Source: Stegostoma tigrinum
Taxonomy: Eukaryota
Assembly: GCF_030684315.1 (NCBI RefSeq)
Contig: NC_081387.1
Span: 5,870,497 to 5,934,496, forward strand
Reading direction: 5' to 3'
DNA: 64,000 nt
Position 1 is the first letter of the stretch. Each line of letters begins with the position of its first letter. Shown one piece after another: positions 13,001 through 25,109 of the stretch. The notes under the pieces were generated by a model that was not told where the DNA came from, did not search any database, and saw only the letters and a list, made by a program, of their open reading frames with translations. Position numbers and translations under genes: made by a program.

Positions 13001-13970
13001 GTAATTCAAAAGGCACATGGAATTTTGTCTGCCATTGCTCGAAGAATGGGTTTTAAAAACAGGGAGGATATGCTACAGGGATAATAGGAACTGCAGATGC
13101 TGGAGAATCCGAGATAACAAAGTGTACAGTTGGATAAACACAGCAGGCCAAGCATCATCTTAGGGGCAGAAAAGCTGACGTTTCGGGCCTAGACCCTTCA
13201 TCAGAAATGGGGGATGGGGGAGAGGGTTCTGGAATAAATAGGGAGAGAGGGGGAGGCAGTAGAAGATGGCAGTTCCTAATATCTCTGATACAATTTTAAC
13301 CTCACTGCGAAGCCTCTTCTAGGGATGCCTAACCTGAAGTTACCCTCCTCCCTCTGGACAAACCTCAGGGGATCTCTCTCCCACTGCAACTCTCTTGCCC
13401 TCCCCAGACTGCCCTAACCCCTCCCTACCTCCACTCACCTCTACTGGCTCCATCCCTGCCTCTAACTCGTCTGTCTCCTCTCCATCTATATTCTCCCCTA
13501 TCCATCTTCAATCTGCCTCCCCCCTCTCTCCCTATTTATTTCAGAACCCTCTCCCCCTCCCTCATTTCTGATGAAGGGTCTAGGCCTGAAACGACAGCTT
13601 TTCTGCTCCTAAGATGCAGCTTGGCAGGCTATGCTGCAGCTGTATAGGGTCCTGGTGAGGCCACACCTGGAGTACTGTGTGCAGTTTTGGTCTCCTTACT
13701 TGAGAAGAGATATACTAGCACTGGAGGGGGTGCAGAGGAGATTCCCTCGGTTGATTCCAGAGTTGTTTCAGAGATAATGGGAACTGCCATCTTCGATCTG
13801 AGTAGACTGGGATTATACTCACGGGAATTCAGAAGAATGAGGGGAGATCTTATAGAAACATATAAGATTATGAAGGGAATAGATAAGGTGGAGGCAGGGA
13901 GGTTGTTTCCGCTGGCAGGTGAAACTAGGGCTAGAGGGCATAGCCTCAAAATAAAGGGATGTTCTTACGT
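10010..13970 (+). mobile_element. Degenerate near-full-length CR1 LINE
   Basis: ORF1 esterase remnant (10036-10584), endonuclease (VYRPP, MGDFN), RT (YLDFQKAFDKVPH) and C-terminal fragments. Many frameshifts; interrupted at 13080-13630. Confidence 0.9.
13080..13628. mobile_element. Penelope-like inverted pseudo-LTR insertion nested in CR1
   Basis: Inverted arms, each with a CTGATGA..GAAAC core (13177-13204 minus, 13568-13592 plus). Confidence 0.7.
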
Positions 13971-13999
13971 TCTTACGTCAGGCTGCAAAAAAAAATACT

Positions 14000-14262
14000 A
14001 AAAGAACGAAGCCTTCTTTTGTCTAGATGAGACAAAAGGGAACATAGTTGGGCCGTTTGGCATGGAGAGGTATTCAACATTTTCTGCTATTCTCAGGAGA
14101 TATCCACAATCGATCTTCCCAAACGACCATGAATTTACAAAGCCTTCAAACTGCCACTGGTCCAATTAGCTGCGTTCACGGCAGTGACGGGATGTAATGT
14201 TAATCTGCAAATATCATCCTGTAATAATTATTGTTCGCTTCTGTAACATCAGGACAACAGGG
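14000..14262. repeat. ~260-bp block upstream of class I promoters, copy 1 (also 15378-15578 direct, 35650-35915 inverted)
   Basis: Shared sequence gggccgtttggcatggagaggtatt...caggacaacagggtg. Confidence 0.85.
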
Positions 14263-15044
14263 TGTTCACATCATATCCATTCCCTTCACCACCGAAGCTC
14301 AGTAGCAGCTGCGTGCACTAGCTACAAGATGCACAGCAGAAATTCACCATTGATCCTTCGAAAGCACTTTTTTAAATTCACCCTCACTTCCATCTCGAAG
14401 GACAAAGGTCAGCAGATACATGGGAAGACCACGACCTGAAAGTTCCCCTCCACGCCAGTCACCAACCTAACTTCGAAATACATTTGTGGTTCCTTCTTTG
14501 TCGCTAAGTCAAAATCCCAGATTGCTGTCCCAGCCCCGCCCGTGGTCTGCTGTGGTTCAACAAGGCGGCTCCCACCGCCTCACAAGGACAACCAGGGACG
14601 GACAATAAATGCCGGCCCTCCCAGGGAAACACTCGTCTCACAAGCGATTTGGAAAGAAAACCATGGGAACACCATCACTCCAAGTCCCTTCCAAGCCACT
14701 TAACATCTTGACTTGGAAACATATTGCCGTTCCTTCACTCTCCTTGAGTGAAAATGGTGAAACCACCTCCTAACAGCAATGTGGCTCTCCATACATCCCA
14801 AAGCAATTTCTGATGGTTAATAAATGCTGACCAAGCAGTGGGGCAAATATCCCATGACAAAGGAATTTTAAAGAATCCCATCAGAGCCTTTCAGACCGCG
14901 CTGCCTTCAGTGGGGAAAATATCAGTCTGGCTGTATCACAGGCGGCTGATGAAACATCCCTCATTTCATTCACTCGCCAAGAGATTCACAGACTCCCCCC
15001 TCGGGGAGGGAGAGAGAGAAGGGAAAGCCGGATTCTGTACTTAT

Positions 15045-15096
15045 CGGAAGAGACCCAGGAAAAACATAGCGAGATGGAGAAAAGGATCAGCAACAT
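15045..15096 (-). pseudogene. Class I leader exon copy B with mutated splice donor
   Basis: MLLILFSISLCFSWVSS+G followed by ATAAGT instead of GTAAGT. Flanking intron 14880-15020 is homologous to 8982-9120. Confidence 0.75.
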
Positions 15097-15239
15097 TCTG
15101 GGAATCCACTGTCCTTATTTCAGTTAGGGTCTGAGATCCATTCACAGGTTGGACCTGAATCAAAATAATCCACATCTAACCAGGCTTCATTTTCAGCTTC
15201 AGCGCGAACTTGGGCCGTCTTCAGACCGCAGAAGGCGAA

Positions 15240-15300
15240 TGATTGGTTGGTCTCAGTGAGAACATCCAATTAAAGGGCACCGTCACCAGTTTCCGGGAGA
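15240..15300 (-). promoter_or_regulatory. Class I promoter copy B: X1/X2-Y module and CCAAT box
   Basis: Minus strand CCCGGAAACTGGTGACG (15281-15297), then ATTGG (15266-15270), then CCAAT (15242-15246), 150-200 bp upstream of the leader ATG. Confidence 0.65.
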
Positions 15301-16084
15301 ATCACTCCGAGACCAGGCTGCAAAACAGGAACTCAACAATGAGCCGTCCTCTCCCCGGAGGGTCTCGAAAAGCAGTGTAACTGGGCCGTTTGGCATGGAG
15401 AGGTATTTACCCCTTCCTGCTATTCTCGATCTTCCCAAACTACCATTAATTCACTGAAGGCCTTCACTTTCTCGGATTCACTGCCCTCACGGCAGTGACA
15501 GCCTGTAATGTTTATCTGCAAATAACATGCTGTAATAATTATTGTTAGCTTCTGTACGTCAGGACAACAGGGTGGTCACGGACTGAGGAGGAACTGAATT
15601 AACTTTCATCACAACGCCTGGTAACGACATTAAGTACCCGACAATCGGAGGCATTCATGTGTCCGGCCTCAAGCTTTGCCATTCGTATTTAGTGCAGCAT
15701 GTACCCCTCAGCGTGTCATGCTATAAAAGGCCAGATGGAGACTGACAACTTTCGACCAGTGGGTTATCAGCCACGATACGGCGATGGCATTGTGAGCATG
15801 TTCCCTAATTATTTCCGGGGTTGGGGGATATGGTGGGGGGAGATGTGTGCTGCAATACATGTTCTGGCAACAGCACTGACGGACAGGGCAACACCATTTC
15901 TAAAACGTGAACTTGTATTGGCTATATCGCGATTCGATCCATGATGGTTTCACCGGCTTTATGTTGACTGGGCGCAATGTTAGGGACAGAGGAGTTTCCG
16001 TGTCTCTTTCATTGCGCTTTCGGTGAGAGGTACAGTACTCCGTTTTTGTTTTGCAAGTTCTGTCCTGTTACCCACAAAAAAACA

Positions 16085-17870
16085 CAACAGCGCAGTACTG
16101 GCCCTTCGGCCCTCAATGTTGCGCTGACCTGTGAAACCAATCTGAAGGCCACCTAACCTATTCCATTATCATCCATATGTTTATCCAATGACCATTTAAA
16201 TGCCCTTAAAGTTGGCAAGTCTACTACTGTTGTAGGCAGGGCATTCCACGCTCTTACTACTCTCTGAGTAAAGAACCTACCTCTGACATCTGTCCTACAC
16301 TTGGTTCACAGTAAACAACTGTACCTCCCAGTCGCAAACAATTTCAACGCCCCCTCCCATTCTTTAGATGACATGTCCATCCTGGGCCTCCTGCAGTGCT
16401 ATAATGATGCCACCCATAGGTTGCAGGAACAGCAACTCATATTCCGCTTGGGAACCCTGCAGCCCAATGGTATCAATGTGGATTTCACCAGCTTCAAAAT
16501 CTCCCCTTCCCTCCGCAAATGCATCCCAAAACCAGGCCAGCTCCTCCCTGCCCTCCTAACCTGTTCTTCCTCTCACCTATCCCCTCCTCCCACCTCAAGT
16601 CACACCCCCATTTCCTACCTACTAAACTCATCTCACCCCCTTGACCTGTCCTCCCTTGACTGACCTATCCCCTCCCTACCTCCCCACCCATACTCTCCTC
16701 TGCACCTATCTTCTCCTCTATCTATCTTCAGTCTGCCTGCCCCTCTCTCTCTATTTATTTCAGAATCCTTTCCCCATCCCCCTTTTCTGATGATGGATCG
16801 AGGCCCGAAATGTCAACTTTTGTGCTCTTAAGATGCTACTTGGCCTGCTGTGTTCATCCAGCCCCACAATTTGTTACCTGATATCTGTCCTATATCTATC
16901 ACCCCTCAATTTAAAGCTACGTCCCCTTGTGCTAGCCATCACCATCCGAGGAAAAAGGCTCTCCCTATCCACCCTATCTAATCCTCTGACATCTTGTATG
17001 TCTCTATTAAGTCACCTCTTAACCTTCTTCTCTGTAACGAAAACAGCCTCAAGTCCCTCAGCCTTTCCTTGTAAGATCTTCCCTCCATACCAGGCAACAT
17101 CCTGGAAAATCTCCTCTACACCCTTTCCAAAGCTTCGACATCCTTCTTATAATGCGGTGACCAGAACTGTACACAATACTCCAAGTGCGGCCGCACCAGA
17201 GTTTTGTACAGCTGCAACATGACCTCATGGATCCGAAACTCAATCCCTCTACCAGTAAAACCTAACACACCGTACACCTTCTTAACAACCCTATCAACCT
17301 GGGTGGCAACTTTCAGGAATCTATGCGCATGGACACTGAGATCTCTCTGCTCATCCACACTACTAAGAATCTTACCATTAGCCCAGTGCTCTGTATTCCT
17401 GTTACTCCTTCCAAAGTGAATCACCTCACACTTTTCCGCAGTAAACTCCATTTTCCACCTCTGAATCCAGCTCTGCAGCTTATCTGTGTCCCCCTGTAAC
17501 CTGCAATGTCCTTCCACACTATCCACAACTCCACCGACTTTCGTGTCATCCGCAAATTTACTAACCCATCCTTCTACGTCCGCATCCAGGTCACTTATAA
17601 AAATGACAAACAGCAGCGGCCCCAAAACAGATCCTTGTGGTACACCACTAGTAACTAAACTCCAGTATGAACATTTCCCATCAACCACCACCCTCTGTCT
17701 TCTTACAGATAGCCAATTTCTGATCCAAACTGCTAAATGAGCTTCAATCCCGTACTCAGTATTTTCTGCAATAGCCTACCATGGGGAACCTTCTCAAATG
17801 CTTTACTGAAATCCATGTACACCGCATCCAACGCTCCACCTGTTTGGTCACCTTCACAAAGAACTCAATA
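16085..17870 (-). mobile_element. CR1 LINE 3' portion (RT and tail)
   Basis: [25 protein letters not shown] in ORF 17116-17691. Confidence 0.9.
16300..16877 (+). mobile_element. Penelope-like 3' fragment nested in CR1
   Basis: GIY-YIG C-terminal-like EQQLIFRLGTLQPNGINVDF plus pLTR. Flanked by near-identical ctgac/tatctgtccta repeats. Confidence 0.75.
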
Positions 17871-18544
17871 AGAGTGTTACTTCCCAACAACAGAATGCTG
17901 CTTTCAGTCCAGAGAGATGCTCTGCCTCCCACATGGTTAAGCACTGATTTGAAATTCCATGTTGATGTGATACTAAGCATATAGATCATATGTCCCAATA
18001 TTTGACTGATTGAGTCAAGCAGTATGTCTCTGTAGTTATTGAGAATGAGGCAAGTGCTTGACTGTACTCAACCTGGCCCCACGGCTGTAAAAATCTAAAT
18101 AAAACATCTACTCTCGAATCTGATCCAGAATTTGGACAGAATGGCTCAAACCAGTTGACCACAAAATGCTCATTATTTACAACTGATAGAAGTGAAATTC
18201 ATCCATCTGCAGCAACCTGTTCTCTGCAAACAAAAGGAATATGTTCGGGTTTTACACCTCAACAAGTGCCTCTGGAAATCCAAATAGATTACATCTACTG
18301 GCTCTCCTTTGTTTAACTTGCTCATTGTGTCCTCAAAGATTGCTAATACATTTTTCAGGCATGACATCTCCTTGACGATGCTTACCTGACACTGACCCTA
18401 TTTTCCCATATGCTACCAAGCACTCCACACTCTTGTCCTAAATAATGGACTCTAAAATCTTACCAATGACTGAGGTCAGGCTAATTGCCCTCTAATTTCC
18501 CGTCTTCTGCCTCTCTGCCATCTTAAATAGGGATGTTAGATTAA

Positions 18545-19620
18545 CCTGAAATAACTGCACAGAAGTGTCACCGAGTATCCTGTCACAAAGCCATCCCTTA
18601 TTTACATGTGCAGTGTGCGTGGGCTCTGACCAACCAAAGCCAGCCACTAGACTGAGGAGACCTTATGAATCTCCCGTGTACATCCATCAGCCAGGGCTCC
18701 CCGATTGGTGTTTTTAATCTGGGCCAATCAAGGATCTCATGATCAATGAGCTCCACCTACCCTGCTTCACTACATCCCATCCCTTCTAAGTCCGGGGATG
18801 TACACCTTGTCTTTCTCTTGTAGCTTCTCCTGCAATGTCTTCCCCCCAGATCCAGTTCACCGTCTCGGACTGACAGGGGCAGTGTGTGCTGGATTGTAGC
18901 CCATCTCTTGCGCTGAGCATCTCAGGAGATTATCCTCTTCTTGTTCCAGCAGTAGTGGGATTGAGGCTACATCCCTTCTTGGACTCTGAGATTTCCCTGA
19001 CTCGAGATGGAGGGGGAGTACCCACAGTTTCTGACCGGCCTTTCTGAGGGGCTGGGTATGTATTGCGCCTGCCTCATCTACAGGTGACAGCTTTCAGGTA
19101 ATCCACGTGTTTGTTCAGAACTGCCTCATCTACACAAACTTTGTGTGTCATGGGACCTGACCTCATGTAGATCTCGTCCTGTATCCATGCCAGGCCATTT
19201 CCATGGTTGCACCACCAAACTTCCTCCCCTGAATGAAAGAGTCTGTCTCAGTTTGAGGAGACATGTGGCTGCATTGGTGCTCCTGCTGCTGTATTACCCT
19301 CCCTCCCCCTCCAGGTCCAGGAATTTCAGGTTTAACCTGGTGCAGAGTCATCTCCTCATCAGCAACTCTGCTCAATCTATCCCTGTACGTTGTATGAGGG
19401 GTGGTCCTAAAGTTAAACAGGAACCGGGACAATTTAGTATCGACAGAAACTGTCGGCTGTTTCTTTAAGCCTGCCTTCAGGGTTTGGATTGCTCAGATCA
19501 TTGGACAATGGATGGGATGGAATTGCCCCAAAGTGCCGAATGTCATTCAAATCTAGGAAATACTTGAAATCCCTGCTGGTAAATGATGTCCAATTGCCTG
19601 TGACCAATACTTCGGTGCAC
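18545..19620 (-). mobile_element. Ty3/Gypsy fragment: integrase remnant, PPT, 3' LTR
   Basis: Minus-strand LVTGNWTSFTSRDF..HPLSN and FLFNFRTTPHTT. Purine tract agaagggatggga directly followed by TG at 18774. Confidence 0.7.
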
Positions 19621-19679
19621 CCGCGCTTCCAGTTCGGGAACGGGTAAGTTTTGAAATAGGAACTAGAAAAATTTTCACT

Positions 19680-20312
19680 GTCAAAATAACGGGGATTGGT
19701 GTTGCCCCCTGGAACTGGTGGTAGAAGTGGGTTGATTACTTGGTACAGGGATTGCCATAGTTTGGAGATGGTAACATGGTGGAGGAGGGTTAGGAATGAG
19801 TACTTGAATCTGCGACAGGGGCAGATGGATCATGGGCTTGTCTGTCTTGTTGTCTTCGATTGTCATGCTTAGTACAACCATCCCAGCCATGGGCCTGAAC
19901 TTCGCCGTCACTGTCAGGCCTCAGTCCAGACTTAGTAGAAATCATCAGTTTACCACAGTTCTTCTTTGACCCAGTCCATTATTATTTACGCTCTTTTTCT
20001 TCCTTTCCTCAATTTGTTTATTTTCTGAATTGACTCTTCCCTCCTTTTATTAGATTCTGTCTGCCAACTTTGAAAAGCTGACCACCCAATTTCTTTCTTC
20101 TTTTGTATTTTTCTCTTTGACTTAAAATCACACCGAATTGTTTTGTGATCACAATTAAAAGTGCCGTCGGGGGGAAACTGCTTTTCTGTTTCCTGCATCT
20201 AATTGACCCATTTGTCGCTATACCTGACTGAATCGGGCCCATAATGAATATACATATGTGCCAGTGGTTTCTCCTTTTGTGTTAACATCTCGTTGGAGAC
20301 GTTGTTCCCCAT
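19680..20312 (-). mobile_element. Endogenous retrovirus gag (matrix) remnant
   Basis: MGNNVS myristoylation consensus, P..M..YG..W, in-frame stop, FPPDGTFN, W..W..E, and a downstream PPPPCY late-domain-like motif. Confidence 0.6.
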
Positions 20313-20859
20313 TGTGACCATTTCGCAAAGTAAAATTAAATTCATATCCAATCAGATTTTTGGAAATTTTGAACTCTAACAGTCCCTGGGCCTTGCATCA
20401 CCTCACCGAGGGGGCTGTGACCCTCTTGCAGGGGCAAACTGGCCTTTACCTCCCAGGGAGGACCTTCTCTCTCTCACCTTTATGGAGGTAACTTCTTACA
20501 TAACTTCACCGAGGAGGGGTTCATTTCCTCTTGCAGAAGTAAAGCTTTTAAACTGAGTCCTCTTTTCCCTGAACTGTCTCTGGAGACCTCACTTCATTTC
20601 CTTGAGTTCCTTGTCTTTTCTCAGTCAGTACTTCAAAACGCGATCCCCCCCCCACCCCGCCTCCTGTTAACATATCACCGTTAGTGGCTTACCTTGTAGT
20701 TGAACACAGGACACAACCTCGGGTCTCACCCGTGAAGCACAGCACGAAAGGGATAAAATTCCCCATCTTTTATATGCTGCGGCTGATTTGGTTACTGGCG
20801 AGGTGCAGCGTCTCAGACCGTGGCCTCCAGCCGGAGGGATTGCCATCTCAGTATCACCT

Positions 20860-23530
20860 CCATGAGACAACCAACGCTTGATCTCTCCCCAGTACCAGCA
20901 CCAGTTCACCACCTCCAGACGTCTGTCTGACTCTTAACACATCGACATGGGCAGGCGTCTGAGAACAACACACAACTCCCACCGTTGGACCCCATTACCC
21001 CAACATGGCACCCAAACACCATGCCGTTGGACTCTCAACATCCCTAACACCCACCTGCAAATTTGAAGTGAGTCTTGCCCAGCCACATAAACTCTGCCTT
21101 TCTGAGGGGTCACGGTGGCTCAGTGGTTAGCACTGCTGCTTCACAGCCCCAGGAACCTAGTTTCGATTTCAACCTCAGGTGGAGTTTGCACCTTGTCCCC
21201 ATGTTTCAGTGGGTTTCCTCCAGACGTTCCAGGTTTTCTCCCACAGTCCAAAGTTGTACGGGTGGATTAGCCATGCTGAATTGCACACAGTGTCCAGGGA
21301 TGTGGGTTAGCCATGGGAATTACAGGGATAGGATAAGAGAGTGGGTCTGCGTTGGGATGCTGTTTGGAGGATCAATGTGGACTCAACAGGCCGAATGGTC
21401 TGCTTTTGCACTGGAGGGATTCTATGACTCCACCCTTCCAACATCTAATTAGCTTCCCCCAGCTCAACTTGGACCCACCCACCCTATCACCACCACCAGC
21501 ACAGGACAGGACACTGAGACATCAGGGAGAATAGGAGCTGAACTGTCCAGAAAGATAACTCTCGGGATTGGGACCATACAGTGTTTAAACCCTCATCGTT
21601 GGGATCTTTAGTGACTTCACTGGAGAGGGAATTCGAGCGAAGGTCAAGCCAGCATTTCAACCAATGCCATTAATTCCCAACTGGCAAGATCTGTTGAAAT
21701 TGTTCCCAATCAACACAGAACTGGGAATGGATCCCGGGACAGAGGCAGCCCGAGCATATTTTCAATGTCTTCCGTAAATTCCAGGAAGTATTTGGAGACG
21801 CTTTCATCTTTGAAGTGTCATTGCATTCATGATCATTCCATTGGCTGTTACTGTTGGGATAATCTGAATAATCATCAGGAAAAGGCCATGGAGAAAGGGG
21901 AATGACGAACTGAGGGACAAAGTGACTGTGGGAGAATCTCCAGTCCTGAGAGTGTAGGGCATTGTGTTTAGTGGAACTGATTGAATCCCCACACACAGAT
22001 ACACACATATAAACATGTATCGTTTCCTGTCATATCTTCCTCTGTGTGATCGGCTCAGACCAGGTCATCGCATACACTGACATCCTCACTGACTGCCTAT
22101 CAATGGAATGGGAGAGATCACCAAAATCTCCATGAAGTGGAAGAATGAAGGGGAGTGTGGGAATGAGGATTTCGTGCGCAATCCCGGTAAAATCTTCCTT
22201 ACTGTCCTGTTTTGACACCATCACCTTGATAAATTGTTAAGGTCTCTCTACTGTAATTAATTTATACAGTTTTGGATGACATTACTTTGGTTAGCCCCTC
22301 AGCACGCAACTCTTGTTGTGTTTTCACTCTTCAAGAATGGATTATTCGTCATTCTAATGAACATTTATTTTGTTTCTGCAGATTCTGCCTGAAGGACAGA
22401 ACATTTGGAATGATGGAGAAACGATTGGAAGCTGTAGAGCTACATTCTCCTGCGTGTGACTCAGAGTGACGCACATCAGTTTTCTTGTAATACAGTGCCT
22501 CAGTCACCACTATTTTATTCTCCACGTCCCGAACTCCACTCTCCCAGTATCTCTCCTTCCAAACCTCACTCTCCACTCCCTCATCCCCCATTCCTTTCCC
22601 TCATCTCCTTCACACTTGACTCCCCCTGCTCTGTGCTGTGTGAGTCTGGTTAGTTAATGCTGAGGGTAATTGATTCCTGAGACCAGTGAGTAATGGAAAA
22701 TATCTCATACTGTCTAATTTTATATTTTATTCCACTTCTCACATTCTGGTTTTATTTTCTCAGCTTCTGATGTGTCTGTTCCAGCTTCTTCATGATCCAG
22801 TAAGTGACAGGTCAACTTCTGTCTGCAGACTTTTTGTGGCATTTTCACTCCCCTCCTGACCCTGTCTCGCCCTCCCAGACACTGTTAAAACTTGTCAGAC
22901 TAATTTCACTCCGCTCCCTACCCTGAAATGATTGTCTTGTTTCAGTCTATTCCTAACCTTGTGGGTTTCTTAGAGCCTTATAGAGGAATAACAGGATTCT
23001 CCTGTTCTAGTGTGAACACTGACATCACCGTCCATCCTTAAATATCACAGCAGACACACAGAATTACAGCTCATTGTTCATACTCAGTTCTTTCAGGATT
23101 GAGACCTATTTTTCCTGGGAATGTATTTCCGTAGATTGAACAGTGTTTCCCAGACCTGCAGGTATGGAACCTAATTGTTCAAGTGTGATCTTCTCAAGTC
23201 ACGCTCCCAACCTGCCTCAGAAATGCGAGCAGAATCACCGTCAGAGGGATCTGCACAGATGGCTTCTGCCTCACACTTTTTCATCTTCACTGTATTCAGT
23301 GGCTCCATGATTTAGCTGAAATGAAGCAATGTCCTGAGGCAACTCAGAAGCATTTTTTTTATAGTAGGAAACTGATTGATTTTGTACTTTGTGCAACAAA
23401 TCTGAACTCTTATTTTTATATAGGTATGATTTTTATAACTGTGATAAAGAGACAAATATCGTTAACAATTTATTATCAATGTTTAATTGTAAATGCTCAT
23501 AATTTTCCTTTATAATGAATAAATAATTTT
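20860..23530 (+). pseudogene. Class I remnant B: pre-TM intron, TM exon (about 21776-21896), putative cytoplasmic exons and 3' end
   Basis: Inverted paralog of 1-1000. TM exon has two TGA stops and a lost acceptor. AG/GT-bounded 36-nt exon 22764-22799 (SDVSVPASS*); AATAAA near 23518. Confidence 0.7.
21110..21430 (+). mobile_element. HE1-type SINE
   Basis: gtggctcagtggttagcactgctg head, gattctatg tail. Confidence 0.85.
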
Positions 23531-25109
23531 TACAGATTTTCCAAATTCTTCTTCAATGATTTCACAAGAAAGATTTAAATCATTCACTTAGTAGCTTGTG
23601 ACTTTTGAAATCAACAGTTGTGGAGCTTCAATTCAATGTGAACTGGGGGAGTTAAGACCATTCAACTCCCCAACACCTTTCCCCAAACCAACCAGGAAGT
23701 ACAAAGTGATGTTTATTTAATGTGTATTCAGAATTTGATGGGCAATAAGCCGAGGAGTGTTCATTCCCTGCAGGCGGAGTGTCCTTCCTGAAGGATCTGA
23801 ATGAGTGTGGGGAGAGGGCCTGGTACTTGCTGGGAATCAGAACAAGGTCACTGACTGGTGACCAAGCAGCTATTGGAGTGAGGAAAGGCAGGGTCACCAG
23901 CTGAATGTTTCAACCAGGGTTGAGCGCATGGGTTTCTGGGATGTGACCGATGAGGAAGAATCATTATTATCAGTGTTTTCTTCTGACAAATGTTGTTGTC
24001 TCTAGATACACGGGATGAGGGTGGGGAGCTAGTGTCAGTAGCCGAGGGGATTGAAAGGGGCCCTGGAGAAGTCACTGAGCCCCAGGTCATAGAGGGCTGA
24101 GAGACGATAACTGAGCTGGAGGGGGAAGGGGAGTGACATCCAGATGAACAGGAGCTTGAGCACCTGGGGTGGGAGGGCAGGTGAAGTGGCGCTGTTACTC
24201 CTGTCCCCATGTTGCATCTTCAAGGTGTTAACGTGGGGAGTGACTTGGGTCTGGGATGATAATCAGGTGACTAGCTCTCCGTCTCTGTGCCGATCAATCC
24301 GAGGGAGGCATTACGGCAGCCATGGAGAAAATGGTGTGGGGTTACTGGGGGCGTGTGTGATGAGCCAAGCTGGTCTATGGGGTCTGAGGGACCTCCAGCA
24401 GTTGAAGGACTTGCTCCATTGTCTTCACTGTCACTGCCACATCTGGCCCATGTTGAGACTCTGCTGGAAGATGTGTTCACTGCTGATCTGTGGAATGGAC
24501 TGGTGGCTCAATGTGACAATCACCTTGACTCTGCATGTGAGCGGACAGGAGATGAGGGCGATTCAGACAAAGACTTCGCAACAGCTGGGCCTTTGGAGGA
24601 AAAGCATTCCTGATGCAGTAGCCATCTCAATCCTTCTGTCACATGGAGGATGCTGCAAAGCTCCCGTAACCAGAGGCCAGTACAAATACAAGAGCTCAGA
24701 CAGCTGCTCTGGGAGTAATACAAAGAAGCCCAATAGAAGATCTGCTGACAGGTCCAAGTACAGAAACAGGGAGACAGCAACTGGACCTTTCATGGATGCA
24801 GTGCCTGGTCTGTAACTCTCTACCGACAAGTGCTCAGCTGCTGGGCATGCCTCTGGTACAAGAGGGGGCAGGGAATGGGCATGGGGGTGAGACGCAGGAG
24901 ACATGAGGGTGGCAGTTGTTGCAGGGTGGATGTCTTTCTCTGCCTCCCCCCACTCCCCTCCTTGTGGCAGTATCCCTCAGACGCTGAGAGGGTGAGATTT
25001 TAATGTTTCATTTTGAAGAAGTGTCTAATTTAAGGAGAGCTCTATTTCTAAATTCGAATTTGTTTTTCTTCTATTGGAATCCATTGTTTTATTTCTTGAT
25101 TGGCCTGAA

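Noticed and set aside
23850-24900. Cluster of overlapping 100-220 aa ORFs
   Set aside because: No recognisable domain; probably a decayed transposon (possibly Harbinger-like), but not supportable.
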